A DNA stretch of 64,000 nucleotides from a virus (taxonomy: Duplodnaviria > Heunggongvirae > Uroviricota > Caudoviricetes): IMG/VR virus record IMGVR_UViG_3300031999_000011; one strand, written 5' to 3'. Below the pieces are notes generated by a model, which saw nothing but the letters and a program-made list of their open reading frames with translations, had not been told where the DNA came from and did no database searches. Shown in pieces: positions 46,211 through 55,766 of this stretch (position 1 is the first letter of the stretch; every line of letters begins with the position of its first letter). The position numbers were made by a program, and so were the translations under genes.

Positions 46211-46482
46211 AATTAATTATGTAGAAAACATGGAAAATATTTAATGGAATTCGCAAAATATTGATTTAGGATAGAAATATTTTTTAATGTGATTTTAATG
46301 TGTTCTTAATATTATTTTAAGCCAATCATATTATAATTATATTATGATTAAAATTATAATTAGATGTTAATGTTACTTTAATATAGTTTTATGATAAATA
46401 CAATATTAAAATACCTAATAAAGTGTGCTCACAGTGAACCCGGAGATAATGAGTATATCGAAAAAATAACAAGGAGAATCCC

Positions 46483-47430
46483 ATGTTAGATTTAATTATG
46501 CAAATTGTGATCGGTTATATCCGGTCTATTTCTGTTTCAAGTAACTTGATGATTGTAGTGATATTAATAGTATTTTCAATATTATTAGTATACGAAACAT
46601 TACATCCTAGAGAAAAATATCCAACAAAAAACTTATATCAATCATATAAAACAAATATTGGTATGTTTATTGTTAACACCATAATTTTGTCTGTATTATC
46701 TGCATCATCGTTACTATTATTAGTTGATGTACATTCATATAATGGAATATTTAACTTTATAACCAATAATAATGTTAAAATTATAGTGTCATTCTTATCA
46801 TTAGATTTATTGTTGTATTATTGGCATAGAATCTGTCATGAGTATGATAGGTTATGGATGTTTCATAGAGTACATCATAATGATTCATATTTAAACGTAT
46901 CAACTGCATTTCGTGTACACTTTATTGAATTATTTTTTACAAATGTATTAAAAGTAGTATTTGTAACAATAATAGGTATTAATGGGTTTATATTATTAAT
47001 ACATGAATTGATAACTATTTTATTTGTTATGGTTCATCACACTAATGTTAGTATTAAATATGAAAATATATTAAGTAAATTATTTATTGGGCCATCACTA
47101 CATCAAACACATCACTCTATGAATAGAGAGGAACATGATAGTAATTATGGTGCGATATTTTCTTTTTGGGATAGAGTGTTTGGAACATTATTAGAGACAA
47201 GTACAGTTAAAATTGGTATTAAAGGGTATTCTCCACAAAGTCTTATAAATTTAATAAGTTTTGGTTTTACTACCCCTGTTATACAACTGAAAAAACCTAC
47301 AATTGCAATAGAAGATATGATACGAGTGGCAGCGTATTATAGGGCAGAAAAACGTGGTTTTATTCACGGAAATGACCAATATGATTGGTTTATTGCAGAA
47401 CGTGATATTCATAATACAATAATTGTGTAG
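46483..47430 (+). CDS. fatty-acid hydroxylase superfamily (sterol desaturase / C4-methyl oxidase-like di-iron membrane oxygenase) fused to a C-terminal DUF2934-like motif
   Basis: His boxes HRICHE, HRVHHN, HHTNV, HQTHHS on a four-TM scaffold; C-terminal AAYYRAEKRGF.HG....DWFIAERD; strong SD AAGGAG. Confidence 0.75.
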   Translation: MLDLIMQIVIGYIRSISVSSNLMIVVILIVFSILLVYETLHPREKYPTKNLYQSYKTNIGMFIVNTIILSVLSASSLLLLVDVHSYNGIFNFITNNNVKIIVSFLSLDLLLYYWHRICHEYDRLWMFHRVHHNDSYLNVSTAFRVHFIELFFTNVLKVVFVTIIGINGFILLIHELITILFVMVHHTNVSIKYENILSKLFIGPSLHQTHHSMNREEHDSNYGAIFSFWDRVFGTLLETSTVKIGIKGYSPQSLINLISFGFTTPVIQLKKPTIAIEDMIRVAAYYRAEKRGFIHGNDQYDWFIAERDIHNTIIV

Positions 47431-47544
47431 TAGCTTCAGTAAATTAACCAGGTAAATGTGAGTGGTTTAATTATAATACAGATATATGTAAATTATATCA
47501 ATAAAGTGGCATTTATTTGCAATGTATACTATAATAGTATATGA

Positions 47545-48105
47545 TTGTGTTCTCGTGGAGATAAAATGCTAAGTATACTGAGTAAAATGAAAATAAGGTC
47601 TAGTTCAATTACATGGGCTATACAAGATGTAAACGAGTACTATTGTAATCTCAGTAAGACTCAATATGAAGAATTAATAACTCAATTAACTGGTATACCT
47701 ATACCAGTATCAATAATAGATACGTTAGTTGCTGAGATAACGTTTAAATATATTATACAAGGAATTATCCAAAATTTGTTATGTGATACAAAGAAAACTA
47801 TTTTAGATATCGTTAATGAAGCTGCAGGTAAAGCAAATAAACTAGTTGATGAAAATGGTAATATTATGCGTATGCTTCGTAATCCAGTTGACATTAAAAC
47901 AAAAGACATTAATGTTATTAAAACAATTAAAAAAGTAACACATAAGTTCGGTATAAGTAGACGAGATCAAGCTAACGAGCTCATTGAACAAAATAAATTA
48001 TTGGATAAATCTGCGGTTTTAGATATTTTAGTTATAGAGATGATGATTAAAAAACCAAATGCAAATGTATATTACACTAAATGGAAAGATTTGCAAATTG
48101 AATAG
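47545..48105 (+). CDS. hypothetical protein
   Basis: 186-aa ORF. Confidence 0.5.
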   Translation: MCSRGDKMLSILSKMKIRSSSITWAIQDVNEYYCNLSKTQYEELITQLTGIPIPVSIIDTLVAEITFKYIIQGIIQNLLCDTKKTILDIVNEAAGKANKLVDENGNIMRMLRNPVDIKTKDINVIKTIKKVTHKFGISRRDQANELIEQNKLLDKSAVLDILVIEMMIKKPNANVYYTKWKDLQIE

Positions 48106-48116
48106 GATAAATAATT

Positions 48117-48842
48117 TTGATTATTAAAAGTGTATTCAAAGACTATTATGATCATATTGAACATATTACTGGTGGTGACCCTAAAGTTGTTTATATAAGA
48201 CATAGGTTAAAACCACTTAAAGATATGGGAGATATTCATTTACCTCAATTTCTTAAATTTCAATTTAATTTACACAGATCTCTCCCGCATAGTTATAGTA
48301 GTAAATTTCAAGATTGTAACTTTAAATGGTGTATTGTAGCCGGTAAGTATTATCTTATTGTTGAAGAACACCCTACAGATAAACCAATTAAACCTTGGAC
48401 TATAGTAACACCTGAATCAGATATAATGAAAAGGTTATGTCCTGATAAGAAAAGTAAAAGTTTTTTAGATCGTGATAATAAACCAGAATTATTTTTTGGA
48501 ACAAGTAATTCATCCGCTATCGAATTGTGTAGGTTATTAAATCAACCAGTTTTTGTTGTTGAGAATGGTTTGGGATATCTTAATGATCAAGATCAGAATG
48601 CTTATCATCGAAAACGTGTTCAAATGGTGACAGTATGTTGTGAATTACCAATTTTAAAAGATTTAGGTTTTGCATCTGTAATACCAGCAGAAATAATGTA
48701 TCAAGATATTGCTTATTTTATGAGTAATACTATTCGTACAAACCCTGATATTTCACCTCCTGTGGAAATTGGTAACCTGGATAAAATTGTCGGACATGGT
48801 TTTGATTTACGTGAATCCTTTAGACATAGAAAAGCTTTGTAA
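48117..48842 (+). CDS. hypothetical protein
   Basis: 241-aa ORF. Confidence 0.5.
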   Translation: MIIKSVFKDYYDHIEHITGGDPKVVYIRHRLKPLKDMGDIHLPQFLKFQFNLHRSLPHSYSSKFQDCNFKWCIVAGKYYLIVEEHPTDKPIKPWTIVTPESDIMKRLCPDKKSKSFLDRDNKPELFFGTSNSSAIELCRLLNQPVFVVENGLGYLNDQDQNAYHRKRVQMVTVCCELPILKDLGFASVIPAEIMYQDIAYFMSNTIRTNPDISPPVEIGNLDKIVGHGFDLRESFRHRKAL

Positions 48843-48910
48843 ATAATAGTTGCATTGTACATATATGTATATTATAATAATAACATATAACTAGGTAGAG
48901 AATAAAAACT

Positions 48911-49135
48911 ATGCGTAAATCACAATTAGCAGCGTTAGTTGGGTTATCTTTCTCAACAGAAGGTATTTCAGATAAATTAAAAGATATTTGGGGTGATGTA
49001 TATAGTTCAACTACTGATATTGTAAATATGAAACAAACAGTTAGAGCTGAAAATATTCCGTTAAGTGTTGAAGTTATAGAACGTATTAATAAAGCTGAAG
49101 CAAAACGGGCACGTAAACAATTAAAGAGATTATAA
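48911..49135 (+). CDS. hypothetical protein
   Basis: 74-aa ORF. Confidence 0.4.
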   Translation: MRKSQLAALVGLSFSTEGISDKLKDIWGDVYSSTTDIVNMKQTVRAENIPLSVEVIERINKAEAKRARKQLKRL

Positions 49136-49137
49136 TC

Positions 49138-49323
49138 ATGAACACATTAATAACTACAGGGGGAATCCCGGTTAATGAGCAGTATATGCTAACGGGTGCG
49201 TCTTATAACATAGAACAACCTAAATATGTTGATATAAACGATGTAACAAGGACAACTAATCAAGAATTACTTGAAGAAGTTGAGTGGATTTTATCTTCAT
49301 TGGATGATTATTATAACGTTTAA
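49138..49323 (+). CDS. hypothetical protein
   Basis: 61-aa ORF. Confidence 0.35.
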   Translation: MNTLITTGGIPVNEQYMLTGASYNIEQPKYVDINDVTRTTNQELLEEVEWILSSLDDYYNV

Positions 49324-49482
49324 AGTGTTTGATATAAACTACTAGTGCTTAAATAATAAATTGTATGTTTAGTGTATTATGTATTAATACTAGAATTGAA
49401 ACCGTAAGAGTATTATATCACGGAGTATATTGATGTACCATCCGAATCAGATGTTGTTTGTATTACTGTAAGTAAAAACGGT

Positions 49483-49677
49483 ATGGTATATGGGTGGGTT
49501 TGTCAACCTAACGTATGTACTGAATTTGATGATTGGATATGTAGTGTGCCAGGTCAATTTTTAGGAACTCTTACCTATAATGGTAATTGGGTAAAGTCAT
49601 TAGTTTATGTAAGTGAAAATGAAAAACAATTGTTGTCAAGTACCCATAATTTAACAATATTATTAAAAAGGAAGTAA
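49483..49677 (+). CDS. hypothetical protein
   Basis: 64-aa ORF. Confidence 0.35.
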   Translation: MVYGWVCQPNVCTEFDDWICSVPGQFLGTLTYNGNWVKSLVYVSENEKQLLSSTHNLTILLKRK

Positions 49678-49678
49678 A

Positions 49679-49909
49679 ATGCCAAAGTTAAGAAAAGCTG
49701 CACATGTTCGTAGTATGAAGTCTATTGCTATTAAAGTTGGTGCTAAAATTGGTGGACGTAAAAGTAAGGTAAGTGTCAAAGGATTGTCTAATGCTACGTT
49801 GTTAAAAGAAGCTAATCACATTATTAGACCTCGGGACAAAAATAAAATCATGACAGAAATAAATGTACGTGGGTTAAATACATTAGTTAAATCCACAGAA
49901 ACAATTTAA
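49679..49909 (+). CDS. small basic (K/R-rich) protein
   Basis: 76-aa ORF with SD GGAAG. Confidence 0.4.
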   Translation: MPKLRKAAHVRSMKSIAIKVGAKIGGRKSKVSVKGLSNATLLKEANHIIRPRDKNKIMTEINVRGLNTLVKSTETI

Positions 49910-50058
49910 TGATGAGTTTAGAAGCCCCTAGGTCTTTATCCTAAGAGAAGTTCACATAAATTGGTTTAATATTATACATATTGTAATATAAACTTGATTA
50001 TAAGTTTGTATTATAATATACTATATAATATTAAAACTAAACATGGAGCAGTACTTAA

Positions 50059-50325
50059 ATGGATAATTCAAAAGCATATCGTCAAGTAATTGACAATTTA
50101 GTATATCACGCCACAAATGTTATAATTCAAGCTTTACACGATGATACATCATCACACTCAGTTCTAGATATTATTACAACTAGACAATCCGCTATATGGA
50201 ATCAATTAGATAATATAGTTGCTATTTGTTCTACAACATATCACATATCAATTGAACAAATAATTTCAGATTATACAACGCGATTAGCTTTTATTATGAC
50301 TCAAAAACTTAACGAGTGCGGTTAA
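50059..50325 (+). CDS. hypothetical protein
   Basis: 88-aa ORF. Confidence 0.45.
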   Translation: MDNSKAYRQVIDNLVYHATNVIIQALHDDTSSHSVLDIITTRQSAIWNQLDNIVAICSTTYHISIEQIISDYTTRLAFIMTQKLNECG

Positions 50326-50944
50326 GTTGTATAAGTTTCGATATTTGGGTATATTCACTACAATTAATATAGTAACAGTTATCTGCATATAACATAACTT
50401 CATGTCCACTTGTAATTCCTGCTCGCAAGTTTGTATTTTGATATAGTGATTCAAATTCTGGTGTATCAATATATTTTAATAATGTTCCGATAACTTTAGG
50501 TTCTTCATGATATAAGGATGTAAGAGTACCAAACAGATCTTTTGTTTTTCTATTTAAATAATTAAATAAATCTGAAATTTGTGGAGACCAGATAAACTTA
50601 AATTCACCAAGTGGTATTACAACATATATAGTTGAGCTGTACGTTTCTGCATCAGACATATTACTTGTTGTAAATGTACCATTTCTAAACGGGATTCCAA
50701 ATTTTGTTTTAAACACTCTATTAATTGCAGCATGTAAGTGTATAGGGATATCTCTTGGTTTTCTATTATCGCGATACCCAGGTAATATAATAACTGGATT
50801 TAATGATTTACCTGCACCTCTGTATAATACATATTCATCAGTATCATAGTTAATTAATTCCAAAAACGGTTTACATGTCGATATAATATTATTGGCAATA
50901 TGTTCGTATGGAGATTTTGTATCATTAAGTTCTAGTAATTTCAC
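50309..50944 (-). CDS. paralog A of a two-member family; possible R-S-E type ADP-ribosyltransferase fold
   Basis: CKPFLE...YVLYRG ... TFTTSNMSD ... SGHEVMLY; about 30% identity to 55767..56396 on the + strand. Confidence 0.45.
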   Translation of the reverse strand: MKLLELNDTKSPYEHIANNIISTCKPFLELINYDTDEYVLYRGAGKSLNPVIILPGYRDNRKPRDIPIHLHAAINRVFKTKFGIPFRNGTFTTSNMSDAETYSSTIYVVIPLGEFKFIWSPQISDLFNYLNRKTKDLFGTLTSLYHEEPKVIGTLLKYIDTPEFESLYQNTNLRAGITSGHEVMLYADNCYYINCSEYTQISKLIQLNRTR

Positions 50945-51002
50945 GAGTAGCTCCTTATATCTATATATTTATACATATTATAATTATAAATATATGAAAT
51001 AA

Positions 51003-51815
51003 TTGGAGGGTATTCATATGAATGCTGAATATATTAAAGTAATACAAAGAGAGTTAAATAATATTAAGAAAACTAAACTAACAGTTGATGGTATTTTAGG
51101 TAGTAGTACAATGGCTCAAATAAACAATTTAGTTGATGTTCCAATTCAATGGAATGTTGATCGTAAGGTTGTTGGTACATTACAATGGATTTGTAAATAT
51201 CATGGTTTAGAAGTAGGTGAAATTGATGGATATTTTGGTGATCAAACAGAATCTTGTTATGATGATCTTGTGGTATTATTATCAACTGGAAAATTACCTG
51301 AACCATTTCGTACTGAATCACCAACATTAGGTCGTAAAACAACATCAAAATGGCCATTACAAACTACAGCTGCATTAAATGCATTTTACGGACCTGTTGG
51401 TACTAATCAAGTTATGATACGGGTTCCGTATCCGTTACGTATTGCTTGGGACACTAAAAGTATAGCTAATAAAATTCAATGTCATACAAAAATAGCTGAG
51501 AGTGTATTGAGTGTATTGGAGCAAACTAAAGCTCATTATGGTAGTGATATATCGAATCTTGGACTTGATTTGTATGGTGGATGTTTAAATGTACGTAAAA
51601 TGCGAGGTGGAACTAATTATAGTGTACATAGTTGGGGTACCGCGTTAGACTTTGATCCAAGTCGTAATCAATTAAAAATGAATCACGCCACAGCTACTTT
51701 TGCAAAACCAATATACAATAAATGGTTTGATTTTTGGGAAAGTGAAGGTGCGACAAGTTTAGGTCGCTCTTGTGATTTCGATTGGATGCACGTGCAGTTT
51801 GCTTGCTTGAAATAA
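51003..51815 (+). CDS. endolysin: two peptidoglycan-binding repeats plus M15-family zinc peptidase
   Basis: PG_binding_1-like ...LTVDGILGSSTMAQI and ...GEIDGYFGDQT; C-terminal ...VHSWGTALDFDP (SxHxxGxAxD) M15 signature. Confidence 0.8.
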   Translation: MEGIHMNAEYIKVIQRELNNIKKTKLTVDGILGSSTMAQINNLVDVPIQWNVDRKVVGTLQWICKYHGLEVGEIDGYFGDQTESCYDDLVVLLSTGKLPEPFRTESPTLGRKTTSKWPLQTTAALNAFYGPVGTNQVMIRVPYPLRIAWDTKSIANKIQCHTKIAESVLSVLEQTKAHYGSDISNLGLDLYGGCLNVRKMRGGTNYSVHSWGTALDFDPSRNQLKMNHATATFAKPIYNKWFDFWESEGATSLGRSCDFDWMHVQFACLK

Positions 51816-51878
51816 TAGTTGAGCTGTTTAATTAATTAAGATATAATTGCACATTATTAATTTATAAGTGGGGGCAAA

Positions 51879-52088
51879 ATGAGCAAAGAAACCAATATAG
51901 ATGATGCAGGTGAAATATTAATTGTTTATAATATTTGTTATATTGTACTTGGTTTTGTGCTAGTCGGGATTGCACCATTATTTGACATACAATTTTCAAT
52001 TAGTGTTATAATAGTATCAATACTTATTTTATTGTGTAATAAAATACATTTAATGCCTTATTGGCTTACAGTTTTTAGGAAATCTTAA
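51879..52088 (+). CDS. small membrane protein (holin-sized, 2 TM)
   Basis: 69 aa immediately downstream of the endolysin; two hydrophobic helices. Confidence 0.4.
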   Translation: MSKETNIDDAGEILIVYNICYIVLGFVLVGIAPLFDIQFSISVIIVSILILLCNKIHLMPYWLTVFRKS

Positions 52089-52090
52089 TT

Positions 52091-52504
52091 ATGAAAAAAA
52101 TGATAATAGTTATGAGAACTGATCTTAATATGAGATGTGGAAAGCAAATTATCCAAGGTGCGCACTGTGCAGTTAATGTTATTTTACAACAAGGTGAGAT
52201 TTTATCACATAACAATGAAATGGGTATTTTTATACCATTAACAGCCGATTTAACTGAATGGTTAAATGGTGATACGTTTGAGTTATTTAATGGTAAGTAT
52301 ACCAAAATAACTGTCGGAGTAAATTCAGAAGATGAAATAATTGATCTTTGTAGACAAGCTGATTTTGCAAGTATTAATTATAAAATTACAACAGATTTAG
52401 GACTTACTGAATTTCACGGTATTCCGACTATTACAAGTTGTGCAATAGGTCCTGCCGATGTAGATGAAATTGATAAAATAACTGGTCATTTAAAATTATT
52501 ATAA
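52091..52504 (+). CDS. peptidyl-tRNA hydrolase, PTH2 family
   Basis: KMIIVMRTDLNMRCGKQIIQGAHCAVNV matches the PTH2 signature KMVLVVRTDL.MGKGKIAAQC.HA. Confidence 0.8.
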   Translation: MKKMIIVMRTDLNMRCGKQIIQGAHCAVNVILQQGEILSHNNEMGIFIPLTADLTEWLNGDTFELFNGKYTKITVGVNSEDEIIDLCRQADFASINYKITTDLGLTEFHGIPTITSCAIGPADVDEIDKITGHLKLL

Positions 52505-52514
52505 AGGAAAACAA

Positions 52515-53252
52515 ATGTATAATGTAGCACGTTGGACATCATCTTCTTTGTTAAAACGGGTTGAAGAATATTTTGGGGTAACCAGATTATATTGTGGAAC
52601 CGCAAAAGAATGGGACAATTGGGGTTCTCGCTTTGTAATTGAGCATCCATATATAAATTGGTTATATAATAAAATAGATAGTATTCAAGAAGTTTTACAA
52701 TATCCGTTTTATAAATTATATGATATATTGTATTATATTAGGTATAGGTATATTATAAAAACACATTATGTACCTACGGGGTTACCACCAGGTGAGTGGT
52801 ATGAAACTGATGAACGATTAATATTTTCAATGTTTAATTTATTAGTTGATTTTATTGAAATTGAAAAAGCAAATATGCAACGGTTATGTAAAAGTAATTC
52901 ATATAGTAATACTCCATGGTATTTAATATATAGATCTCGCGAACAAGGATTGCAATATCTTAATTGGGAGATTACATTAACTGGTGAAGATGGAAGACAA
53001 TCTTATACAGCTCAAGAACAATTAGCATTGTATAATTGGTGGACAGAAATCAGACCAAATAGGTTAGATCCATATGAATCAACTGGATATAATAGTCATT
53101 GTGATACCAGAGATTGGCAATTATGGGACGATGTTGATGATGTATTACAACCTATGTTAAGACAAATTCGAGAAATACAAAATGATTATAATGTTGAAGA
53201 TACTGATATGATGATACGGTTAGTTCGAGTACGAGCTTCACTTTGGACATAA
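52515..53252 (+). CDS. hypothetical protein
   Basis: 245-aa ORF. Confidence 0.5.
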   Translation: MYNVARWTSSSLLKRVEEYFGVTRLYCGTAKEWDNWGSRFVIEHPYINWLYNKIDSIQEVLQYPFYKLYDILYYIRYRYIIKTHYVPTGLPPGEWYETDERLIFSMFNLLVDFIEIEKANMQRLCKSNSYSNTPWYLIYRSREQGLQYLNWEITLTGEDGRQSYTAQEQLALYNWWTEIRPNRLDPYESTGYNSHCDTRDWQLWDDVDDVLQPMLRQIREIQNDYNVEDTDMMIRLVRVRASLWT

Positions 53253-53302
53253 GTATTTAATATTATATAAATACTATTATAACAATTTTAGGAGTATTAT
53301 AT

Positions 53303-53614
53303 ATGAATATTAGAGCTCAACTACTTAACTTTTTTGGTGTGTTAGGTCAGTTTTTATCAGTATTATTTCGTGAAGCATTACAAAAAGAATTGGTAATAGT
53401 TGTACCATTAGCTAGAGAGATTGTTGCACAAGTAGCATTTGATCCAACATTATTATCATCATCTGCCAAGCGTAACGCTGCTATTGCTGTAATTATAACA
53501 AAATTAGCGGCCCAACAATTAACAATAGGTCAAGACGTTATTCGTTTAGCTATTGAATTAGCCTATCAAGATTTTAAAATCAGTCCACCTGTACCGGTAA
53601 CTTCTGCAAGTTAA
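53303..53614 (+). CDS. hypothetical protein
   Basis: 103-aa ORF. Confidence 0.45.
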   Translation: MNIRAQLLNFFGVLGQFLSVLFREALQKELVIVVPLAREIVAQVAFDPTLLSSSAKRNAAIAVIITKLAAQQLTIGQDVIRLAIELAYQDFKISPPVPVTSAS

Positions 53615-53631
53615 AAAGTTGTGTTAAAATT

Positions 53632-53667
53632 AAAAAACCATTATAATTCCACATATGTGGTTTTTTA
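53632..53667 (+). terminator. rho-independent terminator
   Basis: AAAAAACCA...CCACATATGTGG...TGGTTTTTT nested palindromes followed by a T-run. Confidence 0.5.
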
Positions 53668-53768
53668 ATGTGTTTAATATAATTGTAAGTTATGATATCA
53701 ATAACAATTACTAGTGAAGTTGTAGATAATATAATTGAATTTAGTAATTATAATATTACGGAGAAAAA

Positions 53769-54278
53769 ATGAAACAATATGGTCAAACAGAAATAGTAGT
53801 ACCAGCAGTTGGAAGAATTGTTGTGGCGTGCGAAAGTGGTGATACATTACCTATAGCTGGGCTCGAAGGTATGTTTTTTTATCATAGAGGAATGAAATCA
53901 CTTTTTTTCTATGTAGATCAATGGTATAAAATTCCATTTGGTGATGGTAATTTAATAAATTCAATTCGATCGTTAAACTATGTAGCAGAGCTTGATGATA
54001 GTTGTAGCTTAAGTTCTGATATTGGAGGTACGTATTTAATAACTGGAAATAATCACGATATTATAATATCATTACCACCAGTTACAATTTCATTAGGGGT
54101 CACGTATATAATTAAATCGATGGGACCAACATTTATTATATCAGGTGCGTCAGAATTTGAAAATATTGATGGTAAAGAAACACAAACTGTGGGAGTATGG
54201 GAAACTATCACAGTTCAAAGTACTCGTGCAGGCTGGCATATAATTAATTGGTATATACCTAAATCATCATGGAGTTGA
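53769..54278 (+). CDS. hypothetical protein
   Basis: 169-aa ORF. Confidence 0.45.
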   Translation: MKQYGQTEIVVPAVGRIVVACESGDTLPIAGLEGMFFYHRGMKSLFFYVDQWYKIPFGDGNLINSIRSLNYVAELDDSCSLSSDIGGTYLITGNNHDIIISLPPVTISLGVTYIIKSMGPTFIISGASEFENIDGKETQTVGVWETITVQSTRAGWHIINWYIPKSSWS

Positions 54279-54281
54279 TGT

Positions 54282-54485
54282 ATGGCTTCATATATTAATG
54301 ATTATAAATTCACAGTTAATACTGGTGTTCAATATATTTTTAAAGGTTATGTGTATGATGATGTACTGACAAAAATAGTAGTATTAGATATTAATCATTT
54401 ACCAGTGTCAGAGGATGATCAGAATTCGTATGTGCTAACACCAGAAGAATCAAAAATAATATATAAAGGAATTATGAGTAAATAA
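54282..54485 (+). CDS. hypothetical protein
   Basis: 67-aa ORF. Confidence 0.4.
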   Translation: MASYINDYKFTVNTGVQYIFKGYVYDDVLTKIVVLDINHLPVSEDDQNSYVLTPEESKIIYKGIMSK

Positions 54486-54487
54486 TA

Positions 54488-55345
54488 ATGACAACATTTA
54501 CATTATCAATAACAGATGCTCCAACTGGAGATTTTAATTTATACATGCGAGCTATTCGCCGTGTTCCGAGATTAACAAAAGAACAAGAATATGAATTAGC
54601 TATAAAATATAAAGAGTATAATGATATATCTGCGGCTCAAACATTAATTTTATCTAATTTACGATTTGTGGTGTATATTGCTAAAACATTTAAAAAATGT
54701 AATATTCCATTGTCTGATATAGTACAAGAAGGTAACATTGGATTGATGAAAGCTGTATCTAATTTTGATCCATACGCAGGTGTTAGATTAGCGTCATATG
54801 CAGTATATTGGGTAAAAGCAGCTATAGTTGAATATATTATAAAGAATAATAATGTGGTTAAAACTATATTATCAAAGCCTCATCGAAAAGTGTTTTTTAA
54901 TATTAACAAATATATTAAAGAAGGTGAACAATTAACTGCCGACTTAGTTAATACAATAGCGACAGAGTTATGTGTTACTACACGAAATGTGTATGATGTT
55001 ATTGAACGTATGTCTCATCGTGAAGTACCTTTTGACTTTACTGATGATGTATCAACTAATTTTTCACTTGCAGAAATATTAACGTCTTCAGATGTTGACC
55101 CGGCTAAGATCATTGAACAAGAACAAGAATTAAAGTGGCAATATGAAATATTAACAAAAGCGTTACAACAATTAGATGCACGTAGTTTAGATATTATTAC
55201 TTGTAGAAAATTAATAGATCCCCCGATGACATTTAAAGAATTAGGAGTGAAATATCATTCCACTCATCAAAATATTGAACAAATTGAAAAACGAGCGATG
55301 AAAAAAATAAAGAATTTTATACAAAACGAGGTTAATAATGTTTAG
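54488..55345 (+). CDS. sigma-70 family RNA polymerase sigma factor (RpoD/RpoH-like regions 2 and 4)
   Basis: DIVQEGNIGLMKAVSNFDPYAGVRLASYAVYWVKAAIVEYI (regions 2.2-2.4) and MTFKELGVKYHSTHQNIEQIEKRAMKKIKN (region 4.2 HTH). Confidence 0.85.
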   Translation: MTTFTLSITDAPTGDFNLYMRAIRRVPRLTKEQEYELAIKYKEYNDISAAQTLILSNLRFVVYIAKTFKKCNIPLSDIVQEGNIGLMKAVSNFDPYAGVRLASYAVYWVKAAIVEYIIKNNNVVKTILSKPHRKVFFNINKYIKEGEQLTADLVNTIATELCVTTRNVYDVIERMSHREVPFDFTDDVSTNFSLAEILTSSDVDPAKIIEQEQELKWQYEILTKALQQLDARSLDIITCRKLIDPPMTFKELGVKYHSTHQNIEQIEKRAMKKIKNFIQNEVNNV

Positions 55346-55700
55346 ATTTATAAAAGAAAATAATCAGTTAGTAGAAATTGAAGACAAAATATTTAACCTT
55401 GAAACACTATACGTTGATTGTGAGTGTAATACAGCTGATCATGTATTTAGATTTGCATATGTATTAGATAATAGTAATAAATATATTGATGATGATTTAT
55501 ATCTCGAATGTGTGTTATGTTATGACGGGTTTTTATATAGATTAAAAACAGCACTTCTATATATTTTTAATTATCACAATATACGGCGATGGAACACAAT
55601 TTTAATATCTCATAATGATGCAAAAAAAATAAAAGAATTATGTGAGTTGTATTTAAGATCTAATGATGAAATTAAAAAGGTAGTTTCAAAGTCTGTTTGA
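55338..55700 (+). CDS. small Cys-containing protein overlapping the sigma-factor stop (candidate sigma partner)
   Basis: 120-aa ORF; CECN...ECVLC. Confidence 0.45.
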   Translation: MFRFIKENNQLVEIEDKIFNLETLYVDCECNTADHVFRFAYVLDNSNKYIDDDLYLECVLCYDGFLYRLKTALLYIFNYHNIRRWNTILISHNDAKKIKELCELYLRSNDEIKKVVSKSV

Positions 55701-55766
55701 AATGATAAAACCATCCCATATTGATTAATATTGTATAAATACTAACATATTTTTAAGGATATCAAT

